From the NCBI GenBank assembly GCA_963788195.1, contig CAWBGA010000017.1:704001-768000 (forward strand): a DNA stretch of 64,000 nucleotides. The letters run 5' to 3'. The translations under genes and the position numbers were made by a program. The notes beneath the pieces were generated by a model that was given only the letters and a program-made list of their open reading frames with translations, was not told the DNA's origin and did not search any database. This document shows positions 42,155 through 51,749 of this stretch, in pieces (within the stretch, counting starts at the first letter, position 1; each line of letters opens with the position of its first letter). The stretch comes from Nitrospirota bacterium (GTDB lineage: Bacteria > Nitrospirota > Nitrospiria > Nitrospirales > NS-4).

Positions 42155-43270
42155 TCAGGCGCCCGAGGCTTCGGCTGTCGGACGGTCGCCGAACTGCACC
42201 GGGAGATTCCGCGCAGCTCTGTCCCGCGCTTCGACCCGCGCGTCATTTACGATCAACAGCAGCCCCACCACGACGAACAGAGTTTGATGGGATAACTGTA
42301 GGGCGTAGCCGGCAATGAACATAAAGGCAAGCCCGTACCCGGCGCGCCGCCCCATCGAAACTTGTTTAATGACGGCGTACCCCCAAAACAATAACCCGGC
42401 CATGTACAGCGCAAACGGTAGATAGAAGGTATAGCCCATGCCCATTTGGAAGATCCAACCAATACCTCGGGCCCCGTTACGGAGGCTGGCGGCCGCGGCC
42501 GGATCGAAGACTTCAAGGACCCCGTCGATCACCAGCAAGCCGACAAACAGAAGAGCCCATGTGGCCCCATAGAAAATGACGCGACTCCGCTGACTCCGAT
42601 TGCGAGTGCGAAATGAGAAGCCGCTATAGACTGCGAATACGAGCGCAGTCGCAAGCACCATCAGAGCTTCTCCGTAGCGGTGGACGTCAAGCACGAGCGG
42701 CGGAGAAGAGGTCAGCCCGAGCCACCCATATGCAATCGTTGCGGTCTGATAGTACAACCACGCCGAGACCCCGATCACATAGCACGCGATCATCGCACGT
42801 GGTTTGAGGGACGGATGAAGCATCCAGTATTGCGCACCGAGGATCCAGATGACCAGCAAGGTGACGACACTATAGGCGATCGAGCCGAGCATGGCCGGAG
42901 GGAAAATCAGGAACGTGACCGTCAGCGCAAGAAGAAGTGACACAAGCGGCACGACCACACGATCCAGAGGCTTGGGCTGTTCACCCTGCCCTTTGGAAAA
43001 TAGCATAGTAAAGAGGACCACAAAGAGCAGCAGAGCGGAGAAATTCATGAGCGCAAAGCCGATTTGGGAGGCGCCGCGCAGAAAATAATCGACCACTGGA
43101 TACTCTTGAGCGACCTTGGAGAGATGCATGCCGAGACGAGAGATCAACCGGTACAATACGAGCTCGGAAAGACCTGCAATCAGCAGCGCTTTGAGCGTAT
43201 ACTCAAGAAGTAACGCCCCGCTATCAGGTCTAATCCGCATCCCATCTGTTCGTGCCGCCTCAGTAGTCAT
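42155..43270 (-). CDS. Polytopic membrane protein of unknown function
   Basis: Roughly ten hydrophobic segments; start overlaps the rSAM stop. Confidence 0.75.
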   Translation of the reverse strand: MTTEAARTDGMRIRPDSGALLLEYTLKALLIAGLSELVLYRLISRLGMHLSKVAQEYPVVDYFLRGASQIGFALMNFSALLLFVVLFTMLFSKGQGEQPKPLDRVVVPLVSLLLALTVTFLIFPPAMLGSIAYSVVTLLVIWILGAQYWMLHPSLKPRAMIACYVIGVSAWLYYQTATIAYGWLGLTSSPPLVLDVHRYGEALMVLATALVFAVYSGFSFRTRNRSQRSRVIFYGATWALLFVGLLVIDGVLEVFDPAAAASLRNGARGIGWIFQMGMGYTFYLPFALYMAGLLFWGYAVIKQVSMGRRAGYGLAFMFIAGYALQLSHQTLFVVVGLLLIVNDARVEARDRAARNLPVQFGDRPTAEASGA

Positions 43271-45036
43271 TATCGGGCCGCGACCGTCGGGGTTTTCGAG
43301 CGCGCGATATAGAGCAGGCCGTCGGCCATGGAGTAATTAAACGGCAGTTCATCAACCACCCCGCTAATTTTCTCGTAGACCTGCTGGTAGACGCGCTCGG
43401 CGTGGTCCGGATCCATCCCTTCCTGGACCTCATAAAAATAACCCAGACTGAGGTCCTCGGACGCCGGACGCATGATTCGGCGAATTCCGTAACTTCCCGG
43501 ATCACTCATGATCGGCGCTTCTTTTTCCAGGTCAAAGAGGCACGGCTGGCAGGAAAACCCGTAGGAGGAATGAAGACGCTCGTGTCCGACAATAAAATTC
43601 GCCGTCTCCATGGCTTCCGGTTCCGTTTCGGTGGGGAATCCGACCAGAATGTAACAGTGAACGGCGATATCCACATCCAGGCAGTCCTCGATGATCCGGC
43701 GAACATGTTCCTGCCGGATGCCTTTCTTCATAAAGTCCATCACCCGCTGGTTGTAGGACTCAAGTCCGAAGACGATCTTCAGACACCCCGCGTCCCGCAT
43801 AGACTTGAGCAATTCCCGAGAGAGGTTCTTCTCAAATCGCATCTCGCAGGTCCATTGCGCATTGACATTCCCATCAATCAACTGAGCGCACAGGCGTTTG
43901 GTAGGCGACAGGGCAAAACATTCGTCCGTGAAGAAAAAGAAGGGCGTTTGATACCGCTCCATCAACTGTTTGAGGTCCTCGACGACCTTTTCCGGCTGGC
44001 GCTGCCGAAAGTTCTGGTGGTCCAGTGTCAGCGCGCAAAACGCGCAATCTTTGTAGTAGCAGCCACGAGAAAACTGGACGGGCAAGACCGCCTGTGGCGC
44101 GAAGTACTGCCCGAGAGGCATCCCGTCGAAATTCGGCGCCGCCAGCGCATTGATGTTTTCTGAGTAAAACGGCTGGTTCACGACGGTCTTATCTTTCTGA
44201 CGATAGACCAGATTGGGGACCTTGCTGAAGTCCCGCGCGCCTTCCAACTGGTGCACCAACTCTAACAGCGCCGTCTCACCCTCAAACACCACGAAATCAT
44301 CGGCAAATTGAAAGAGCGAATCGGCGCGCCGAAGATTGTCCACCAGCCGGGTAAAGATGCTCCCGCCGATGGTGAGATGCACATCGGGATTGGCCTGCTT
44401 GAGCAAACGACATAACGTCAGCCCCGGCATGATCTGGGAGGTGGCCGTGATGGAAACGCCCACCAGACCCGGGCCCTGAGAGAGGATATCCGGAACCAAT
44501 TGATTCCGGAAGAGCTCAAGATAAGGGTTCTCGTCCTCGTCTTGGACCGCTTTGAGAATGTCTTTGGACGAATAGATGGAATAGCGCCACTGGTTGTCAA
44601 CCACAGAGATCCGTGTCGGGAAGTACAGAATCGATATGAAGGCAAGCCATCGGTCGATCAAGAACAGGCTCTCTTTGTACCGTTCAGGATCGTAAAAGAC
44701 CTCAGAACGAAGGGTCATTTTGGCGTTCTCGATCAAATCGTAAAGGGGTGGGAACCAATCCAGAGCTTCCTTCATCCTCGCAAGATGTTCCTGACTCGAA
44801 GGGCCTGTGTCCCCACGGGTTCCAGTCCGCTCCAGATGTTTGATCTTATCCTGCATTCGTTCATATGTCTGCCGCCCAACTTCCTGGGTCAGAAATGCGT
44901 TCAGGACCTCGATTCCAAGGTCGCGTTGGATAACGTCACTGACACCGCCTTGCTTTAAAAAACCGGTTAAGGATGGCAGGCTGAGGTACGGCTGGGAGGG
45001 ATGCCAGGTAGGCGGAAACAGCAAGACGGTCTTCAT
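43270..45036 (-). CDS. Cobalamin-binding radical SAM protein (class B-like)
   Basis: N-terminal LLFPP..P..PYLSLPSL; FEGETAL; SRGCYYKDCAFC; FFTDE; FGLES; ILVGFPTET. Confidence 0.9.
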   Translation of the reverse strand: MKTVLLFPPTWHPSQPYLSLPSLTGFLKQGGVSDVIQRDLGIEVLNAFLTQEVGRQTYERMQDKIKHLERTGTRGDTGPSSQEHLARMKEALDWFPPLYDLIENAKMTLRSEVFYDPERYKESLFLIDRWLAFISILYFPTRISVVDNQWRYSIYSSKDILKAVQDEDENPYLELFRNQLVPDILSQGPGLVGVSITATSQIMPGLTLCRLLKQANPDVHLTIGGSIFTRLVDNLRRADSLFQFADDFVVFEGETALLELVHQLEGARDFSKVPNLVYRQKDKTVVNQPFYSENINALAAPNFDGMPLGQYFAPQAVLPVQFSRGCYYKDCAFCALTLDHQNFRQRQPEKVVEDLKQLMERYQTPFFFFTDECFALSPTKRLCAQLIDGNVNAQWTCEMRFEKNLSRELLKSMRDAGCLKIVFGLESYNQRVMDFMKKGIRQEHVRRIIEDCLDVDIAVHCYILVGFPTETEPEAMETANFIVGHERLHSSYGFSCQPCLFDLEKEAPIMSDPGSYGIRRIMRPASEDLSLGYFYEVQEGMDPDHAERVYQQVYEKISGVVDELPFNYSMADGLLYIARSKTPTVAAR

Positions 45037-45205
45037 CTCGGCCCCCTAAGGGTTCAGCTAAACCAATCAGCAGACGGGCGACTGCAGCCCTTGGACCGCT
45101 GCCATGAGCGGGATTTGTGTGAAAAAGCCGCTCATCTTCAAAGATTTTTATACAACAACGATGCGCAGGATTGCAAGGAACCCAGGCTGGTTCCGGCACT
45201 AGCAC

Positions 45206-45250
45206 GAAAGATAAACGGCCCCGGGGAAACGCTCCCCCGGGGCCGTTATC
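45206..45250 (-). terminator. Rho-independent terminator after the NxrC-like gene
   Basis: aacggccccgggg / ccccggggccgtt stem followed by TATCTTT on the minus strand. Confidence 0.65.
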
Positions 45251-45271
45251 ACCTGCCTGCTGGGCTAGTAC

Positions 45272-46288
45272 TTATTTAGGCTTATCCTGAGGTTGTTGCG
45301 CTGGTTTCTTTTGCTCGGATTGCGCCCCTCCCCCTCCTTCAGGAATCTGGAGGGTAAACCAGGTGGAAATGCCTTTCATACCATCACGCTCGAGATTCTG
45401 TCCGTCCCACACGGCAAAGGCAATCGGCACGGCGCCTGCCTTCAGTTGCACGTCATTAGGATCGGAGGTCGTCAGCGCACGCTTGTACACCACCCGCCAG
45501 GACGGACCGCTGCAGCAGCCACCCTTAATGGAACCAGCCGGCTCCCACAGACCGTTGCCGAGCACATCTTGATTGGCCTGCGTTGTCAGGGTGCTGAAAC
45601 CGTTGGCATTGAGGTCTTCGACCGATCCCACCCGCATTTCCGGGTCAGACAGGATGTTGCCGGACCAGATTCCGGTATTAAAGGGGCCCATGCTGCGACC
45701 GATGCGATCGAGATACGTCACGCCACCGGCCGGTTCTTCAAAATAGTAATCCCAAAAGATAGCGGGATACTCATTGTCCACATCCCAAAGACCCGCACTA
45801 TCCTTGCCAAGGTCCTTCTGCCATTCTGCGTTCCACCGCCAGATGTTGACCGTGCCGCCTGATTGCCCCATGCATTGAAAGGGCGGTGCGCCACTGGTGG
45901 TGACCGGGAACTGAATGGCGGACTGGTCACGGAAGTGTTGGGGGCCGATGGTGGTGTCGTTTTTAGACTGGTCCGCCCAGTCCATTCGGATCCCGATGTC
46001 CTTGCCGTTGGAAACGGCTTTCACAAAAACCGATTTCACGGCGATATTGGGATGCATGGGGGTTGTGATCGTCTGCCCGCTCAGCGGCACGACGACACCA
46101 GGTATATTTTCCCAGATCGGATTGGCGCCATCCATGGGGATCGGCCCCTTGATCGCCTTGACCTGAATGGCCACGGGCTGACTGACGGCGAGCGGGACCT
46201 GTCCGAGGGTCAAAACGACGCCCACGATGAAGGCGCTCAGCAGCACCCCCCATACGACGGCTCTATTTCTCGTCTGCATGATCTTCAT
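45272..46288 (-). CDS. EB_dh/DOMON heme b protein, candidate NXR/type II DMSO reductase gamma subunit
   Basis: N-terminal TM/signal; LSGQTITTPMHP, FRDQSAIQFP, FQCMG, IWRWNAEWQ, GFSTLT, AFAVWDG...ERDGMK. Confidence 0.85.
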   Translation of the reverse strand: MKIMQTRNRAVVWGVLLSAFIVGVVLTLGQVPLAVSQPVAIQVKAIKGPIPMDGANPIWENIPGVVVPLSGQTITTPMHPNIAVKSVFVKAVSNGKDIGIRMDWADQSKNDTTIGPQHFRDQSAIQFPVTTSGAPPFQCMGQSGGTVNIWRWNAEWQKDLGKDSAGLWDVDNEYPAIFWDYYFEEPAGGVTYLDRIGRSMGPFNTGIWSGNILSDPEMRVGSVEDLNANGFSTLTTQANQDVLGNGLWEPAGSIKGGCCSGPSWRVVYKRALTTSDPNDVQLKAGAVPIAFAVWDGQNLERDGMKGISTWFTLQIPEGGGGAQSEQKKPAQQPQDKPK

Positions 46289-46403
46289 AGTGATAACCCC
46301 TCCTGTAATATTAGCCCGATAATTACCTGAAAATTACCTGAAGAACCTGCCTAATTATTCAGCAGAAGAGCGATAAGGCCTCCCATGCAAACTTAAAATA
46401 ACT

Positions 46404-47357
46404 CTATGCATGACCAGCAGGGCCGCCGGACCCTCCACCTCCTTCGTGCTCTGCATCCTCCATTTGGGAGCGCCCACCCACTTCATCCAAAAGGACACTC
46501 AGTTCGTTCCCTAAATCCTGGGCTCCGCATTCAAAAACCGCCCCTTCGGGAGGGGTAAAGGTGGCCGGTTTATAATCCGTCTCTTTGTAGGGTTGCGGAT
46601 TGACCCCGAGATAGGCGCATTCAAACTTGATATGGGCTTTGCACAGCTCGCACAACAGCATAAAGAATCCGCGCTGAGCCTTTTTCGAGGCCATATCTGC
46701 AAACAGCGGCGCCCACCGGCCGACATGGTCGCGGACGAATTTCTTCTCCGCATCTACCACGATCTGCAGCTTCTCTTCACCATCGTGGCAGAGGGCGTAC
46801 GATTCCTTGTACGCGAGAAAGTGCAGAAATTCGAGCTCAACGCTGAGATGATCAAGCCGTTCGTGGACTACTTCAGCAAGCTCAAGGCCGAAAGCCTTGT
46901 AGTAGCCCGCAATGTCGCCCATCGTATGGGACTGCTGAAAGACGTGTTCATTACCGAAGAGGGTTTCGTACGGAGGGGCGTCAAGACTGATGACATTCGA
47001 GAAGACCCGGCGATGCTCGTCTTGGAGATCGCTAAACTCCCATGTCTTGAAATTCTCTTGTTCCCAATCCGCGATCTGGTCCAACAGCCTTTTCATGGGA
47101 GCAACCAAGTCGCGGACCTTGTCTGTCGCCTTTGTGGAATCGAGACTCTTCTCTAACGTCTCGATCGCCGCGAGGCCATCCTCGACGAACTCACCTTCTT
47201 GAAGATAGTTGTAAAACTCTTCTTCCTCGGGGTAGAGAAACCCCCAAGACAGCAAAAGATACAATTTGCTTCTGGAAAGAGCAAGTTCAACCGCCGGTGC
47301 GTCGGCCAAGCCAATTTTGCCGGTGGGATTTCTTGAAACTGCTGGTGTCGTCGCCAT
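46404..47357 (-). CDS. TorD/DmsD-family molybdoenzyme chaperone
   Basis: PPYET, DIAGYYKAFGL, ERLDHLSVELEFLHFL, DHVGRW. Confidence 0.9.
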   Translation of the reverse strand: MATTPAVSRNPTGKIGLADAPAVELALSRSKLYLLLSWGFLYPEEEEFYNYLQEGEFVEDGLAAIETLEKSLDSTKATDKVRDLVAPMKRLLDQIADWEQENFKTWEFSDLQDEHRRVFSNVISLDAPPYETLFGNEHVFQQSHTMGDIAGYYKAFGLELAEVVHERLDHLSVELEFLHFLAYKESYALCHDGEEKLQIVVDAEKKFVRDHVGRWAPLFADMASKKAQRGFFMLLCELCKAHIKFECAYLGVNPQPYKETDYKPATFTPPEGAVFECGAQDLGNELSVLLDEVGGRSQMEDAEHEGGGGSGGPAGHA

Positions 47358-47396
47358 TGCCCTCAGCCTCCTGCGGCCTTAGCTTTGAGCCGCGTA

Positions 47397-47425
47397 AGAA
47401 TAAGAAAATGTCTCAAGGTTGTCAA
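47397..47425 (-). promoter_or_regulatory. Putative sigma70 promoter for the chaperone gene
   Basis: TTGACA-17 nt-TATTCT on the minus strand. Confidence 0.6.
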
Positions 47426-47439
47426 GCGCTTTTTCGGAA

Positions 47440-48063
47440 CTATTCTCCGCTCTCAGGGCCCCGAATCGCCACAGCAGGACGCCCGGAAAGTACTCTGATC
47501 GCAACCTTGTCATTGACCGTTGCACAGACCTGTTCACAGATGCCACATCCGACGCATTTCTCTTGATCTATCGTAGGATACGCATCATCGAATCCAACCA
47601 CCATTATAGCTTCGCAGGGACACCGAGACACACAGACACGGCAGCCCTGATCCGCGGTGCAGGTGGCGGGATTCACCACCGCCAGGCCCATCCGGACCTC
47701 GGCGCGCTCGCCTAACGGTAGAAGGGCCTCCGTGTCACACGCTGCGACGCAGGGAAAGTCCTCGCACAACTGGCACGGGGATTCATTTGCGAAAATGACG
47801 GGGTACCCATTGGCTGGGTCTTTCTTGATGCTTCCGTAAGGACACGCTGGCAAGCAGTCGCCGCACCGGGTGCAACGCTCGAGAAACAAGGCTTCCTCGA
47901 CTGCGCCGGGCGGCCGGAGCCAGTCGGTCCTGAACTTCTCCGGGACACATTCCGGTTTTTTGGGAGTCTCCTTCTGCTGTTCATAGTACTCATAGACGGC
48001 CTTCCCCATCGACCAGACGGATTGTTTCAAAAACTGCCGTCGTTGGTTTTCGGGCGCATCCAT
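47440..48063 (-). CDS. NapG/MauM/NapF-like 4x[4Fe-4S] ferredoxin
   Basis: RRQFLK; LRPPGA; CTRCGDCLPACP; CQLC..PC..AC; CRVCVSRCP; CVGCGICEQVC. Confidence 0.9.
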   Translation of the reverse strand: MDAPENQRRQFLKQSVWSMGKAVYEYYEQQKETPKKPECVPEKFRTDWLRPPGAVEEALFLERCTRCGDCLPACPYGSIKKDPANGYPVIFANESPCQLCEDFPCVAACDTEALLPLGERAEVRMGLAVVNPATCTADQGCRVCVSRCPCEAIMVVGFDDAYPTIDQEKCVGCGICEQVCATVNDKVAIRVLSGRPAVAIRGPESGE

Positions 48064-48067
48064 ATTG

Positions 48068-49070
48068 CTATTGGCCTGTGACGCCTGCCGCTCTGAGCTT
48101 GTACACTTCGATACAGCGATCACACCCGCCGTACTCAGGATCCCATCCGGGATGGTTTTCCCTGATGAAATCAAGCACGCCCGGTTCCACATCCTGCGTC
48201 AAATTTTCAACCCAATGATAGGTCGGGAAACCGCACAGCGGACAAGGAAACCCCGGCAAGAGCATAACCTTCTTGCGCTCGGGAATCTCTGCGCCCTCAA
48301 TTTCTATCGCCCGATCCAATATTTTGAGAGTGTCGGTCGCCATATCGATGAGCTCTGGATGGGTAAAGAACTCGGTTGTCCAGAGACCTTCAAAAACAGA
48401 TACCAATTGCGTACCGGGAATCTTACGGTACCAGGTGGAGAATTCATGGAAGCGCTGTTCCTTGGGAAAGACCGGCTCTTTGCCGATCCGCGTCAAGCGG
48501 CTGTCAATGCTCAAGACACCACAACACGCGATACCGCGCGAGAATCAAGCTCTCCTCGCCGGGGCTATTGCCAACCTTGATGTCTGGATCGTACAGAAAG
48601 GCGGGGTCCAACATATCCTTGATGTGATAGAGCTCGTGCCGGCAAAACCGCGCCAGCGCCGGATCGTAAAAGCGGCGCGGTAAGAGCTTAATACCCATCC
48701 CTTTTTGGCCTTTGGCCTCAAATTTCTTCGCGAGATCCTCTTCGACCGTGCCCCATTTTCTCATCAGGTCAACTGATTCCTGGTCTTCCTTCAGCACGCC
48801 GCGCACAAGCGTAATGCCGATACGGTCTCTCAGCTCGGGAAACTCATCGAAGGTTTCGCGAATGATCTCGGCGAAGCCCCAGTGCCCAAAGAGATACTGG
48901 TACAGCTTTTGAAACTCCGGTTCACGGTCGTCCAGCGGAAAGTTCTCGTAGATGGGATCTGCAAGCTCGTGAAATTCCTTGTAAAACGTCGGATCGCCTT
49001 CTCGTTCTGTCTTCTCCATAAAGGCGTCGATCACTTCTTGTATAAGCGCAGGCTGAAACCGCAACTCCAT
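48068..49070 (-). CDS. Hypothetical protein with an HExxH motif and a C-terminal CxxC...CxxC; frameshift near 48510
   Basis: RHELYH in ORF 48504-49127; CPLC and CDRC in ORF 48068-48514; the frames join at YRVLWCL/SIDSRL. Confidence 0.7.
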
Positions 49071-49181
49071 CTCAGGCCTCCTTGACTTGCCTTTTTTCTC
49101 TCCGCTATGATCCTCGTAACCCTTCATTATAGGAAGGGGTCAAGCAGCTTTGCAAGCTGCCTAGGAATCTCAGGAAACGCA

Positions 49182-50306
49182 ATGAACAACAATCCAACCG
49201 GCTCCTCTTCCTCTACTGGCGGGACGGCGTCTACGGCCGAGCTTTCTTCGTTGTCGCCTGGCCCGGCGCCAGTCACCGACTGCGCCCCCTTTTGGCGAGC
49301 CGGCGCGAAAGAACTGCGCGTGTTCCGAGGTCACCACGATCCGATCTGGGCCGTGGCATACCACCCCAGCGGCACCATGGTAGCCAGCGGCAGCGTTGAT
49401 CACACCATCCGTTTCTGGGAGATTGAAACCGGTCGGATGTTGAAGATTCTACGCGGCCATACCGATGCTGTGCGTTGTTTGACGTATTCCCCCGATGGAG
49501 AGCTTCTCGCAAGTGGCTCAACAGACCGTACTATCCGCTTGTGGAATCCGAAGACCGGTGACTTCATCCGAATGTTATTTGGACGGTATGACCACGCCAT
49601 TCATTCTCTGTCCTTTTCTCCGGATGGATTGATGTTGGCGCGCGGCAATGAGAATAAGGATATTAAAATATGGGAAGTCGCGACGGCCACGGAGCTGCTC
49701 TCATTACTGCCGCGAGATGTGTACGACCTTCACTGGAACATCATTACCACTTTCTCTCAGGACGGCCGGCTTTTAGCCAGCGGGAATGACATCGGAGGCA
49801 TTACACTTTTTGAGGTGCTTCCGAGCGGCCAGGAAATCTGCCGGTTGGAAGGGCACAAGTCCGATCCGTTCGACGGGACCATTGAACGCCGGGGCATGTG
49901 GGTTGAATCTCAGGAAGGCTGGGAGCGAGCCTTTGAGAACTGGATAGGCGGGTTAGCCTTTTCGCCCGACGGCAGTTTCCTGGTGAGCGCCAGCCGTGAT
50001 CATACGATGAAATTCTGGGAAATCCCGAGCGGCAAGTTAATGCGGACCGTCAAAGCCCACTCGGGATGGGTTCGCGCCGTCATATTTTCGCCGGATGGCA
50101 AGGTGCTGGCGTCCTGCTCCGACGATACCTCGATCAAAATCTGGGACGCCGGCAGCGGTCGGCTGATCCGCACCCTCAAGGGGCACCGGGAGCCGGTGCG
50201 GGCCATCGCCTTCTCTCCGGACGGCCGTCGCCTGGCAAGCGCGGGCACAGATCGCACGGTAAAACTCTGGGAAGCCGGAGAAGTGTCTCTGGCGGCCGCT
50301 CGCTAA
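49182..50306 (+). CDS. WD40-repeat beta-propeller protein
   Basis: About seven GH...V..xAFSPDG..LASGS.D.TI..W repeats. Confidence 0.92.
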   Translation: MNNNPTGSSSSTGGTASTAELSSLSPGPAPVTDCAPFWRAGAKELRVFRGHHDPIWAVAYHPSGTMVASGSVDHTIRFWEIETGRMLKILRGHTDAVRCLTYSPDGELLASGSTDRTIRLWNPKTGDFIRMLFGRYDHAIHSLSFSPDGLMLARGNENKDIKIWEVATATELLSLLPRDVYDLHWNIITTFSQDGRLLASGNDIGGITLFEVLPSGQEICRLEGHKSDPFDGTIERRGMWVESQEGWERAFENWIGGLAFSPDGSFLVSASRDHTMKFWEIPSGKLMRTVKAHSGWVRAVIFSPDGKVLASCSDDTSIKIWDAGSGRLIRTLKGHREPVRAIAFSPDGRRLASAGTDRTVKLWEAGEVSLAAAR

Positions 50307-51746
50307 TTACTCCTCGGCTGGCCCGTTCGTACCCTTCGAAATTCCGTAGCGCTTACACTTCTCCCACAGAGCTTTGCGCGACACGCCCAGTATCCGTGCA
50401 GCTTCAGTCTTATTCGCCCGCGTCCGGTCCAGCACCTTGAGAATGTGCTGACGCTCGAACTCGTCGCGAGCAGCCGCCAGGTCCTCCACCCTTGCGCCTT
50501 CGGGCGCAGCAAGATGGGTCTCCTCGCTGCAAAATCGACATGCCGGTTGTGGGAGGCCTCCAAGATAGGGACACGATGAAAATCCGCAGAGATCCCAGGG
50601 GTCAATGCTCCCTTCATGATTGCTGACCGTCACTGCCCGCTCGATGGTGTTTTCCAACTCCCGTACGTTACCGGGAAAGGAATATTGCAGCACCATGCTC
50701 TTCGCCGGTTCAGAAAGACCCTCACGGTGCTTGCCTGTCCGGCTTCCAAATTTTTCCAGGAAATGATCTGCCAACAAAAGGATGTCGTCTTTTCGCTCTC
50801 GTAGCGGCGGTAGGTACAGCGGGACGAGACTGAGGCGATCCAACAAGTCTTCTCGAAACCGTCCCGCCTGGACTTCCTTTTTCAAGTCACGCGCGGTCGC
50901 GCACACCAGTCTCACGTCGACTTCAACTGGGACCGTACCCCCCATGCGCTCGAGTGTACGATGCTCCAGGACCCGCAATAGCTTGAGTTGTACAACTGGA
51001 GAAATAGCTCCGATCTCGTCCAGGAACAGCGTGCCCTGATGTGCCAGTTCAAACCGACCCTTTCGCTGGCGCAGCGCCCCTGTGAACGCCCCCTTTTCGT
51101 GCCCAAATAATTCAGTTTCCAGCAGCGATTCCTGGAGGGCTTCGCAACTGACTCTAATAAAGGGACCCTCGCGCCGTGTGCTGTTATGGTGAAGAGCATT
51201 TGCCACTACCTCTTTGCCGGTGCCTTTTTCCCCGATAATCAGAATCGTCGAATCAGAGGGGGCGACTAATTTGATCTTTTCCAGCACCTCGCGCATTTTT
51301 TCGTTTTTCCCCAGAATCCCTTTGAAACTGAAACGCCCTTCGAGTTCCTCCCGCAGCAGCCTATTCTCATCTTCCAGCTCTAACATCTTCACAAGTCGCT
51401 TTACGATCAGGAGCAGCTCATCCATGGAAAAAGGCTTCGTCACATAGTCGTAGGCTCCGATCTTCATGGCTTCCACGGCAGTCTCCACCGACCCATGGGC
51501 TGTGATGAGGATCACCCCTGTGCGCGCAGAGACCTCTCTGCAAGTCTGCAGCACCTGCAGCCCATCCAATCCGGGAAGTCGCAGATCAGAGATAATGAGG
51601 TCGAATTGTTCTTTTTTTATGAAATCCACACCTTCCGGCCCCGTCGCCGCCACTTTCACCTGATAGCCTTCGGCCTTGAGAGCATCTGCGATCGAGATCC
51701 GCATCAGCGGTTCATCGTCAATGATAAGTATGCGGGGCTGGCTCAT
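50307..51746 (-). CDS. NtrC-family sigma54-dependent response regulator
   Basis: Receiver (IIDDE, SDLRLPG, YVTKPF), GEKGTGKE, GAFTGA, FPGNVRELEN, Fis HTH. Confidence 0.93.
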   Translation of the reverse strand: MSQPRILIIDDEPLMRISIADALKAEGYQVKVAATGPEGVDFIKKEQFDLIISDLRLPGLDGLQVLQTCREVSARTGVILITAHGSVETAVEAMKIGAYDYVTKPFSMDELLLIVKRLVKMLELEDENRLLREELEGRFSFKGILGKNEKMREVLEKIKLVAPSDSTILIIGEKGTGKEVVANALHHNSTRREGPFIRVSCEALQESLLETELFGHEKGAFTGALRQRKGRFELAHQGTLFLDEIGAISPVVQLKLLRVLEHRTLERMGGTVPVEVDVRLVCATARDLKKEVQAGRFREDLLDRLSLVPLYLPPLRERKDDILLLADHFLEKFGSRTGKHREGLSEPAKSMVLQYSFPGNVRELENTIERAVTVSNHEGSIDPWDLCGFSSCPYLGGLPQPACRFCSEETHLAAPEGARVEDLAAARDEFERQHILKVLDRTRANKTEAARILGVSRKALWEKCKRYGISKGTNGPAEE

Positions 51747-51749
51747 CGG

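Noticed and set aside
44936..45205. RiPP precursor peptide upstream of the radical SAM
   Set aside because: The only candidates are an 89-aa ORF overlapping the promoter and the rSAM start and a 12-codon frame without an RBS; no leader/core pattern.
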